NCBI GenBank assembly: GCA_022813965.1
Contig: JALDZS010000044.1
Location: forward strand, 1 to 64,000
DNA length: 64,000 bases
Origin: Toensbergia leucococca
Lineage: Eukaryota
Direction: 5' to 3'
Position numbers and translations under genes: made by a program. Below, piece after piece: positions 51,854 through 63,011 of this stretch; position 1 is the first letter of the stretch, and the number at the start of each line of letters is the position of its first letter. The notes under the pieces were generated by a model. The model did not search any database. It was given only the letters and a program-made list of their open reading frames with translations, and was not told the origin of the DNA.

Positions 51854-52294
51854 ACTGTGCTATATGATAAAGCCATGATATCGGTGTGACAAGTATTGCT
51901 ACCATGACATACGCAGTTTGAAGTTTTTATACCGTCATCATGGGCTGTCAGTAGGCTTGTAGGATAAGTCCATCAACGTATTGAAAGTCTCGCCTGAGGT
52001 AACGATGAACGCTCCGGTATCTTCTATCCTACTCTACTATATCCTGGTGTCGTCGTAGCACAAGGTACAAATGAAGTACTAGTACCTTACTGTTGAAGCA
52101 TTACTTACGCTACGGAGTAGCAGAGGGCATTTTGTCAAATTTTCCATGAGATATTTCGCATTCCTATCTCTGAATCTCAACCATTGTGTAGGGGGTGTTT
52201 TTCTTGTCTACATTCTAGTATTGTACTCCGTACTGTTCTATAGGTATGTATTGCTACGACAGTCTCACCACCGTAACGCTATCTGTTAAGTCAG

Positions 52295-52324
52295 GTACCT
52301 AGGTAAGGTAGGTAGGTAGGTAGG
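52295..52324 (+). repeat. (TAGG)n microsatellite-like tract
   Basis: ggtacctaggtaaggtaggtaggtaggtagg. Shorter tracts occur near 302-315 and 27489-27499. Confidence 0.7.
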
Positions 52325-53044
52325 AAGAATCTGTATGCAGGATGATGAAGCTCAGCATGAAAAACATAATGAATAGTCATAAGGTCCTCGACCTAACAGC
52401 ATGGGGTTTTCTTCCGAGTAATTCATATTTTGGGAGATGGCAGTACCTGCTTGCTTGCAGGTGATAAATGAAGTACTGTATTGCTCATTGTTATAGAAAC
52501 TTGAAAAGTGGCACTGATGACCGAAAAGCCAGTCAAAGAGAAGAGTGGCTACTCATGCCCACAGATGTACGAGTGAAGGAGTGTGACCTACTTGGATCAA
52601 TTTCAGTTTTGCACTCGTGCGTGCTCGAATTGATTTGTTGTTTTCAACGGGGTTTGTATTGTCATGTGACTTATATTGGATGTCTGGCAGAATGAAAGCC
52701 GGTGAGCCTAGCGCGTATTTACATGACGCTCCGTCTTTCTTTTGAATGACCTCAAGCGTTATTCGCCCATAAAGAGTGCCGCAGAACCTCTGCTATTACT
52801 AATTATTGATTACACAATTACTGTCAAATACTACTTTTACTCCTTCCTGAGGCCAGCTTCTTGACAATCTGGAGATTTGTTCCCGGTGGCCGGCGCATTC
52901 AGGAGAGCGGAAAAGCGAATGAAACATCCATGAATACTCATATCCACCAGGCATTCTGGATTGTTGGTAATCCTTATCTAGTCATCTCAGGCAAAGCGCT
53001 GACTGTCTACTTTCATTAGTATTGCTACTTCAAGCGCTAGCGCA

Positions 53045-56000
53045 ATGAATCCACAGAATGGCAATGGCTGGCCCTCTACGTCGGGGCCAAACGCCCCACC
53101 ATCGAGCACTGAGCATCATATCCAACCGCAACAAAGGCCTCTTAATAATTTTGGGTGGGTCACCCTATCTCCGTCATTTTGGTGCCTGAGCGCGGGAGCA
53201 AATAGCTCGTCATGACCACCCAACCCATCAGTCACGATCGAAAACCTAGTATTCAGCAGCTGACGTTCGGTATTTGAACAGACCAAACTATTCTATACCT
53301 CAAGGTCCGCCTGGACAGCTCGGTGGCCCTGTTCTCCTTCCTCCGTCTGGTGGGTATTCCCTGTGTCTGTCAAGCTCCGAGGAGCCATCCTCGAGGTAGT
53401 CCACATCTGAGAAGTCGCGGGAAGCTTACACTTGCTAAATCCAGGCGCATTCTTCCCTGGTCAAACGAACGGCCATGCGGTGCAGAATTTAGCAGGCATT
53501 TCACAGCCGTCGTCACTCCAGCCAGGCAGACAACCTCCCAACTCTCAGCAGCCGCAATCTCCTTCTAGTATTCAGCTCCATCACATACAGGCTCCTAGCT
53601 ATTCGTTGCCAGCGTTGGGGCAAGCCATGCAACAACAATCGCCTCAAGCATCTATGAATTTTGAGCGTGAACGTGAGCTCCGTGAGCGCGAACGAGAAAT
53701 GCGGAACGGGGAGCATTATGAACGGCAACGCCAGCATGATATAATAAATCAACGGGAACGTGAACGAGATCGTGAACTGAGAGAACAGCAGCAACGCGAG
53801 CAAGATCAACCTTCACATGAGAATCATACCGGTTCAATTCCACTCCAGCAACCCGTGGCTTCAAGAGTGCCCTCATCTCTTCTGGGACCCAATCGTGTCC
53901 TCTCACCTTTTGGAGCCAGCACTGGATCAAATCCTCCTCCTGCGCCCTTGGGAGCACCCACTGGACCTAATAACCACTTCGCCAATGGCATTCAATCTGT
54001 ACACGAGAGACCTTTTTCACAACAAATGGGGCACAACATGCCTCCCCAACAACTCCTCGGGTTTGGTGGTCCAGTCACGCCCCAGCAGATGCCTGGCGGA
54101 ATGGCTGCACTATCGCAGGGCCAACAGCCAATCTTGAATGTAGGCTCTTCTATCTTGCGTCTCTTGCTAGCATGAAACTCCGAACCTTGTGCGATTTCGT
54201 AGACGAAAAGTTGCTGCTTTTGTGTTCTTGGCAAACGATATAAAGAAAAAGTCACATGCTGACCATTCACTTTAGGATGCATTAAGTTACCTAGATCAAG
54301 TTAAAGTTCGCTTCGTTGACCATCCTGATGTATACAATCGATTTCTAGATATAATGAAAGACTTCAAGAGCCAAGCGTATGTCTTATATTCCCCTTCCAC
54401 TTTGATTGTGTTCACAATTCTGACACTTTCTACCCCAGCATTGACACGCCAGGAGTAATCGACCGAGTTTCGAATCTATTTACTGGGCATCCAGAACTCA
54501 TACAAGGGTTCAATACCTTTCTGCCTCCAGGATACAAGATTGAATGCGGAACAACTGAAGACCCCAATGCGATTCGCGTCACGACACCCATGGGCACAAC
54601 TGTGTCACAGATGCCATCGGTCCATAATCGGCTTAATGGTGGATCGAATGGCATTCGTGCAGTGGACGACATGGAGCCTTCGGCTCAACAAACATTTCTC
54701 GAGAACGGTTCCCATATTTCACCTAGCAACTGGCAGCAGCAACAACAAAGCCAGGTTCAGACTGGAAATGTACCAGATGATAATTTTAGTCCTAATCGAC
54801 GGTCTGGGGTGCCTCTTGTCTTTGGAGGACAATCGAACGCTGGCCAGGATCATGGAGCGTCTTACGATAGGGAGGAACAGATTCCCGTAGCTGATCCAGC
54901 AGCTATCGCGCATCAACAAGAACAACGTGGAGTCTCACATCTATCAAACGCCGTATCCGCCGCTACTAATGGAGTGCAAGGCAGACATTCATTCCTGGAA
55001 GTATCTCCTGTTGGAGGCCCAGGCGTGTCTTTAGGGCAAGCGGCTGCAGGATTAAGTAGTGCAGGAGCCGGGGTCTCACCGGGAAATCAACTTGGCATGG
55101 AAAAGAGAGGTCCTGTCGAATTTAACCATGCAATCAGCTATGTTAATAAAATTAAGGTGAGTTTACTCGCCGTGTTATGAGACACTTGATGCTGACAGCC
55201 CAAGAATCGCTTTGCCTCGCAACCTGAGATCTACAAGCAATTCCTAGAGATCTTGCAAACGTACCAACGAGAGTCGAAACCCATCCAAGATGTATACGCT
55301 CAGGTTACTCAGCTCTTCAGCTCTGCGCCAGATCTCTTGGAAGATTTCAAACAATTTCTTCCTGAATCAGCCGCTCAAGCCAAAGCTCAAGCAGCAGCAA
55401 GACAAGCGACAGAAGATGCTACAATCCTTAGTAACGTCCGGGGTGAGCCCAGCTATCTTGCAGGAGCACAGCACAGTCAGGTGCAGACTCCAAGACCTGA
55501 TAGTAAGCTGCCACCAGTTGGTAACTTCGCACTTACCCCTAGCGTTGGTAAAGAGAATAAAAAGCGCAGAGGCGGAGCGGGATCACAGATTATCGGTGGA
55601 GCAGTATCATCCGCTACTCTTGACTCTGGGACTGGGACAGCGCCAAGCAGTAAGAATGGAGGTATTCAAGCTGGCAATGCCAATAAGGTGAGTGGGTGCT
55701 GTAAATTGTAATATGTTTGACAACAGCATCCTCTTCATGACTCAAAGGCGCGTTCGTCTCCACTCTTCAATGTGTTCTGCCGCCGACTTCGCTTTGGACG
55801 TTTGGGCGCACAAATAACGTTGACTTTAAGATCTCTCGATCAACACTATCCATAAGCCATAATAATAATCCCTTTCCTTCACAACTCCAATATTTGCTAT
55901 CCATCGTACTTACCTTGCTAACTTGTCTCCCGACCAGCGTGCCAGAATACAACAAAACAAACCTTCGATGCCTGAACTTCCAGCCGTCTCACCCACTCTC

Positions 56001-58746
56001 GTACCAGAACTCCCCCAACCGATGCCTCCTACCTCTAGTCCTGCTGGCGTGCCGGAAGAATTCTCGTTCTTCGATCGTGTCAGAAAGTACATTGGGAATA
56101 GGCAAACATTCAACGAATTCCTCAAGCTCTGCAATCTATTTTCGCAGGACCTGATTGACCAGAATGTCCTGGTGCATAAAGCTGAAGGGTTTCTAAGCGG
56201 TAATAACGACTTGATGTCTTGGTTTAGAAATTTTATTCAGCACAACGGTCGCGATGAGATCATCGAGAACAAACCAAAGACGGGCAATGACAAGGTGGTG
56301 TTGAGTAATTGCCGTGGCTTGGGGCCTAGCTATCGGTTATTGCCGGAAAGAGAAAGTCTTCGAGGCTGTAGTGGACGAGATGAGATGTGCCAGCAAGTCC
56401 TCAACGACAAGTGGGCGTCTCATCCAACGTGGGCTTCTGAAGATTCGGGCTTCGTGGCGCATCGCAAGAATAGTTTCGAAGAAGCGCTGCACCGCATTGA
56501 AGAGGAACGCCATGACTACGATTTTAATATTGAAGCTTGTGCAAGGACCATCCAATTGTTAGAGCCAATCGTGCAGCAAATCAGATTGATGAGCGAAGAG
56601 GACCGAAACAACTTTGTTTTACCTCGCGGAATTGGTGGGCAGAGCGAGACAATCTACCAGCGAGTCATCAAGAAAATTTACGACCGAGAACGCGGTCAGA
56701 AGGTCATTGACGACATGTTTGAGCGGCCAACCGCGGTCGTTCCTATCCTACTGAGCAGACTCAAACAGAAGGCGGAGGAGTGGAAAGCAGGTCAAGTAAG
56801 TTCAGCACGGGTCTCAAGTCTCAAATTTCTAGCTTACTGGTCGTAGCGAGAGTGGGAGAAGGTTTGGCGAGAGCAGACACACAAGATGTTCTGGAGAAGC
56901 CTCGATCATCAAGGTATCAACGCCAAAACCGCCGATAAGCGACAATTCCAGCCCAAAGTCCTCCAGACAGAGATTCAGGCCAAGTACGAGGAGCAAAAGC
57001 GACAGCGTATAGTGCAATGGAGCCCTATTCCAGCGTATCAGTTTCAATACTTCTTTGACGACGTGGACGTCATCCAAGATGCCTGTCATATCCTTTTGAC
57101 ATACCTCCACCATACACACGTAGGCAACGGGGGTGATCAGTCAAAACTTGAGAGCTTTATTAAGACTTTCATACCAGCCTTTTTCGACCTTGATCGGGAG
57201 CAATTTCAACATAAAATGAGCGATATCTATGATGCTTCGCCTGCGAACGAAGAAGTGGAGGATGAGGCACTGGCTGCCGAGGATCCGGGTGTTGGCAGAG
57301 GTCGCCGCGCTGTCAACGGTAAGAAAAGCAACTTGTTGCGCGGAGTTCTCGAGCGCGGTCAGCACGGTAAGCAAGGCCGTAAGGATAAAGAAGGCAGTGC
57401 CATGTCAGAGAGCAAAGAATCCACGCCGGATGTCACGTCGATGGATGATGACGCTATTACACCGATGGATACGCCTGCAGAACAACCTATGCGTGTTGAT
57501 TCGACAGAGCACCGTTGGATGGAGCATCCCCAGGCCGCTACTGGGAATTTGCGATACCGACAGAGCCTCAACCACAACGAGCCTTTCAAGCGCGACACTT
57601 TTAATCTCTACGCTAGTCTGAACATCTACTGCTTTGTTAGGATGTTCGAAATGCTCTACGAGAGACTTGCACATATCAAGGCAAATGAACAGCAGGTACA
57701 TGATGATGTCTTGCGGGCCAAGGCACCGAAGCCGGCTCATGACTTGAGGTTGGTTGACAAAAGCCCATCGGATTTCTTTACGGATGTCAGTCCTGCCACG
57801 GATTATTATCGCCAAATAGTCAAGACGTGCGAAGATGTCGTGAAAGGCGAGTCAGACGCGAACCATCTTGAAGAAACGTTGCGCCGATTTTATCTACAAA
57901 GCGGATGGCAACTTTACACCTTTGACAAGATGCTTGCTGCCATCATCAGGTTCGCTTTGCAGATACTTGTCAGTGACAACAAGGACAAGAGTTTGGATGT
58001 CATCAACCTCTTCTACAAGGATCGCAAGGAAAACGAGACTACACATCAGACGGAGCTAACGTACCGAAAGCAAGTTGAGAAGCTTGTCAAGGAAGGCGAC
58101 ATATTCCGTATTGCATATGTAAGTAAGCCGTCTAGGTGTAGGGAAAGCAGCAAGCTAACAATGCTTGACGCAGACTCGATCCTGCCAGCGTGTCCAGATA
58201 CAGATTTTCAAGAAAGACGATAAGACTTTCGAAACGGACCAAATGGCCACGACGGCGCGATGGTCCTACTATATATCCACATTCGTCATGCGCGACAAAA
58301 CCGAAGGCATGCAGCTAGCGTGGATCCAATGGCCTTTCTTACGGCGCAACATGCCGGCCATGCTTGGCAGTGAGGAAGACTATCACCGGATTTATACGCC
58401 GCAGTGGAACGAAGACGGCCTTGTGATTCGAATTGCGCCGAACAACTATCACATGCTGTATGATCCCGGCACCGAGGATTGGTGGGTGCATGATGAGAAG
58501 GTGAGGAGGAGGGGGATGCGGGGTATGGAGGAAGTGAAGGAGGAGCGGAAGGCAAAGTTTCAAACCAAGTTTGGGACGAAGGCTGCTTGGATGGCGGGAA
58601 TGAGTCTTGATTCGGTTGACAAGACCAACGAGGTCTTTTCGAGGTGGATTAGGGATGGGGAGCAAGGAGGGTCGGCGGGAGCAGTGGTGGGTCAAGGAGA
58701 GCAGATTCGGAGTAATGATGGCGACTCGGTCATGTCGGGGAACTGA
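53045..58746 (+). CDS. SIN3: Sin3 histone deacetylase co-repressor scaffold (PAH1-3, HID, Sin3-C), 9 coding exons
   Basis: [44 protein letters not shown]...CSGRDEMC...[21 protein letters not shown] and YTFDKML. Confidence 0.97.
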
Positions 58747-59685
58747 ATTGATTCTTCGAGAGCTCGGTCTGTTTTCAATTTGCTATTATCTTCTCGTCTT
58801 GTGCTTTTTACACAGGATCTAGGGGGGAGTGCAGGATAGGTGATTTGCGGATAGGTATGGATATCATGGCTATATGTAAGATGGCTCTTTCTTAAGCTTG
58901 AGTAAGGTACGGAGTAGGTTAAGAATATGGAATAGCATGACTAGCTTAATGCTATGTTGACGTGACATGGGTGTATCAAGATGGGTTGAATGACTACGGA
59001 CTACCTATTCTCTATTCGACCGGTATTCGAGTCGGGCTGCAGAGTCAAAGTCGGAGTCAGGATTGGATACGAGCCAAGTAGTCTCACTATACGAAGAAGA
59101 AGGGAATATGGAAATGAGAAGACGTCAGCAACGTCAAACAGATGATACGCATACTAGGTAGTACGAGTAAGGTAGTTCTATTCTACGTGACACGGTGACA
59201 CCTCGGTCGTAGTCGGGCTAACCATTGAGCCGACTGCACATTCCAATGCAAGAATCAGCAGAGAATGCGCACGCGCACAGTCACCTCAGTCGTATTCTAG
59301 ACCTTCGACTACCAATTGGACATATGTTTTTGATCACTTCATAGCTGCTATCACGCCGACCACACCAATTCAATTGATTACCCTTCTAGACGGCCTGATG
59401 AGCTATACAGATTCAAGAGTCCGCTCAAACGGGATCGGGACAACCACACAAAGAAACAGAAAGCATGCCCGCTTCCATGTTGCGAATGCATTTTTCTTTG
59501 TCATGTCAAGGCCTCTATAAGTCCAATGCGTCTCTTTGCTTGTTCGACACATTGTCTGACGCCTACAATTGTGCATCACTCCTCCTTCAACCAAGCCTTG
59601 ATTTCCATCTCGCATCTGCCATCTGGCATAGCGATTGCGTCATTGGATTTAGAATCTACAATACATTTCCGTTTATCAATACTGA

Positions 59686-61497
59686 ATGGCTTCGAGAATC
59701 GACGTACGGCTGGAAGAGTCCCCTCCAACACCTCCCCCCAAAGATGACGCATTTCATGTTGCCTTGGGGCATACGGAAGAAAAGCTGAAGGAGGCCGAAT
59801 TCAGGCCGAATCTAGCCTTTTTTCTGGCTTTCCTTACACTTGCTGTCATCACCATGATGGTTGCTCTGGATGGGACCTCCCTCTCCGTCGCCCTTCCAAT
59901 CATAGCCGACAAACTCCGTGGTACCGCCATCGAAGCCTTCTGGGCCGGTACATCCTTCCTCCTCTGCTCAACAATCTTCCAACCAAATTTCGCCTCCTTC
60001 TCCCACATCTTCGGCCGGAAGCCCATGGTCCTTGTCGGCCTCGTCTTCTTTCTCATTGGCGCTATTGTCGCAGCCGTAGCTAACGACTTCGGCACTTTGC
60101 TTGTGGGGAGATCACTGCAGGGAATCGGAGGCGGTGGTTTAATTGCCCTGACCGAGATTGTGGTGACAGATCTTGTGCCGTTGAGGTTACGGGGGCAATA
60201 TTTTGGAATTATTAGCGCCATGTGGTCAATAGGGAGTGTGAGTGGACCGCTGATTGGGGGTGCGTTTGCACAGGACGTTACTTGGGTAGGCTCCTCTGGT
60301 AGACTTGATTGACTTGACTGCCGATTGCTGACAATCGTATAGCGATGGATTTTCTGGCTGAATTTACCATTCATTGGCGTTGCCTTTGTTTTCGTCCCTC
60401 TCTTCCTAAAACTCAATTTCGTCCCAAGCCATTTTGCGGACCAGCTGAAGCGCGTCGACTGGATCGGATCAGTGCTCTTCATCGGCTCCACAACCAGCGT
60501 AATGATCCCAATCACCTGGGTACGATCCACCTAATCCCCTGAGCCCTTACTAGTAATACTGATACTGCTTCAGGGTGGTGTTTCTTACGCCTGGGACTCC
60601 TGGCGTACATTGGTCCCCCTACTAGTCGGTATAGCAGGCGAGATTGTCTTCGTCGTCTACGAAGAGCACTTCGCCGCAGAACCCCTAATTAGGCTTACCA
60701 TCTTCAAAAACCGTACGGCAGCGGTCAGTTACCTAGGTACCGTAATCCACGGCATGGTCTTGTGGGGCATACTCTACTACCTACCCCTTTACTACGAAGC
60801 CGTCAAAGGCCAGTCCCCCATCCTTGCAGGCGTCAGTATGTTTCCCGAAACCTTCACCGTCGCTCCCGCAGCCATGGTCGCAGGCTTCATCATCACCTTC
60901 ACCGGCCGCTACAGGTGGGCCATCTGGGCCGGCTGGACCCTCACCACCGTCGGTACGGGCCTCCTCTACCTCCTCGACGTGCATACTTCCACCGTTGAAT
61001 GGATCTTCCTCAACCTGGTCAGTGGCCTCGGCACCGGCATCCTCTTTCCCAGCATGGCCTTTGCCATCCAAGCCTCGTCCACGAACGCCGACCTCGCCTT
61101 CGCCGTCGCAATGTACTCGTTCTTCCGCGCCTTTGGCCAAGCCCTCGGCGTCGCCATCGGCGGTACCGTCTTCCAAAACCAAATGAAACAGCTCCTCCTC
61201 ACCTACCCCGCGCTCGCCGCGCAAGCCGATGTCTATTCCCGCGACGCGTCCAGTCTAGTGCAGATCATCAAGGCCATGCCCGCCGGCGCGGACAAGGTCG
61301 ATCTGATGCAGAGCTATGCGGGCGCGTTGAAGATTGTTTGGATCACGTTTTGCGGGATTGCGGGGTTGGGTTTGGTGGCCAGTTTGTGGACTCGGGGGTT
61401 GGATCTGACGAGAGCATTTGAGACGGAGCAGGGGTTTCAGTATGAGAAGAGGGTGGAGGATGAGGAGAAGAAGTTGGAGGCGGAGGGGAGGAGGTAG
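59686..61497 (+). CDS. MFS drug:H+ antiporter, DHA2 (14-TM) family (3 exons)
   Basis: ALDGTSLSVALP, SHIFGRK, GRSLQGIGGGG, GPLIGGAF, WIFWLNLP, YYLPLYYEAVKG. Introns ~60286-60342 and 60520-60573. Confidence 0.93.
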
Positions 61498-61799
61498 GGC
61501 TGCAGGGGATTCTGATGGCGTTTCGGTGGGGCCATTTATAGATGGGCGGGGCTTGGATCAAGGGGTAATGGGATCTGGAGTCTGCGGACTGGGATGGTAG
61601 GGGTTTTTTTTTTCTGTATTTGAGTTTGAGGATGGGAGAGACGAGGCAAAAAGGGGACAGAGAAGGGCTTTTTGTATATATTCACACACACCGCCACATT
61701 TTCCATCCCCTCCCAAAAATAAAATTGCTACCCTAAAACTCCTATGCATATACAAGGCGCAAACCAGGACACCCACGCCCCCCCACTCCCTCGTTGGTC

Positions 61800-62130
61800 C
61801 TCCACAAGGAAGGGGAAAAGAAGGGAAAGAAAGAGGAAGAGGGATGGTTTGGTTCCAGGAGTTTGGAGAAAAGGGTTGATGAAAAGAATGAAATAAAGAC
61901 AATAAAATAAGAACCTCTTTTGGGGAAAAAAAAAAACCTTCCCTTAATCGCCCACAGCCTGAATGAACAAAAATACATTAGAGTACACAGATACGGGTGC
62001 AAAAGTGCGGTAGCAAAAGTGATCATTAATCCCTCCCCTTCCCGCAAGGTCCAACAAAGTCGTCGCAATAGTAGTACATGCAAGACCCAAGATGAAAAGA
62101 AAGAAACAAGAAAAACCGCAAAAAAAACAA
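61800..62130. repeat. Low-complexity purine/poly(A)-rich spacer
   Basis: Runs such as ggggaaaagaagggaaagaaagagg, a poly(A) run near 61926 and aaaagaaagaaacaagaaaa. Confidence 0.6.
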
Positions 62131-63011
62131 TTCAAAGATTTTCCCATTATCCAACACTCAACCACGGGAGATAGACCCGCCCACATCCCACTGCGATGCC
62201 GCATAATGACGAACCAAACCATCACTAATGAGTGCGCCCCCCCACATTTCCGATTTCTGCAGACATCGCAATCTCGACATCATAGCGGTGAGACAGCCTG
62301 CCGTGCTGACTGGCAGCCCTGCCGATTCCCTCAAATGGACAGGAACCAATCGAAAAGCAGGTAGCGATGCTCTCAAATCAAGACCACTGAGCAGTGGCCA
62401 AAAACGCCACTATTCTACAGGGACCAAGCGGCATGCGGCACGGAGATAGGTCCGAAATATGGCTTTTTCGAGAGTTTCCGGTTCAGAACGACGAATTGGA
62501 ACGATGGAAGGATGACATGTTGCAAGCTAGAACAAGTGGAGTGTCAGAGACCATAGACCATACGACGTAGAGTAGACCATAGACTATTGGCGTCCACACC
62601 TGTTTCTTGTCCCTTTGTCTCAAATCAAGATAAGATATGACGCCGTCGGTTATTCGCGGCACTAGGCGGGTCTCGGCAGATCGAGCGGATCCTTCCAGTT
62701 CCCACATCAAATCATCGTCGCCAGACTAACGCTAAAGCGTAATTGTAGTCGGCTTTCGAAGGAGCCGACTCTCTAGACACGACTGTCTAGCTGTATCTTT
62801 GCCTTCTCCTGCATCTTGGAAAGCTTGTCTACCATTGGCTAGCTTGTCCCCCAATGACTGACTTGATCGGACTTACTGAAGAAAGCCATCATGAGGGGGA
62901 CGGAGATTCATGCCAACTTGAAATCAGGGTGCGGACGTGCGGCGGGTTTGTGTTTATCTGCTCAAATGCTACACTCATAGTTGACTGGAGCTTTTGATTG
63001 AACAACTCGTC

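Noticed and set aside
59754..60530. 258-aa antisense ORF over the MFS gene (likewise 45588-46352 and 46721-47293)
   Set aside because: Shadow ORFs wholly or partly opposite real genes, with no recognisable motifs.
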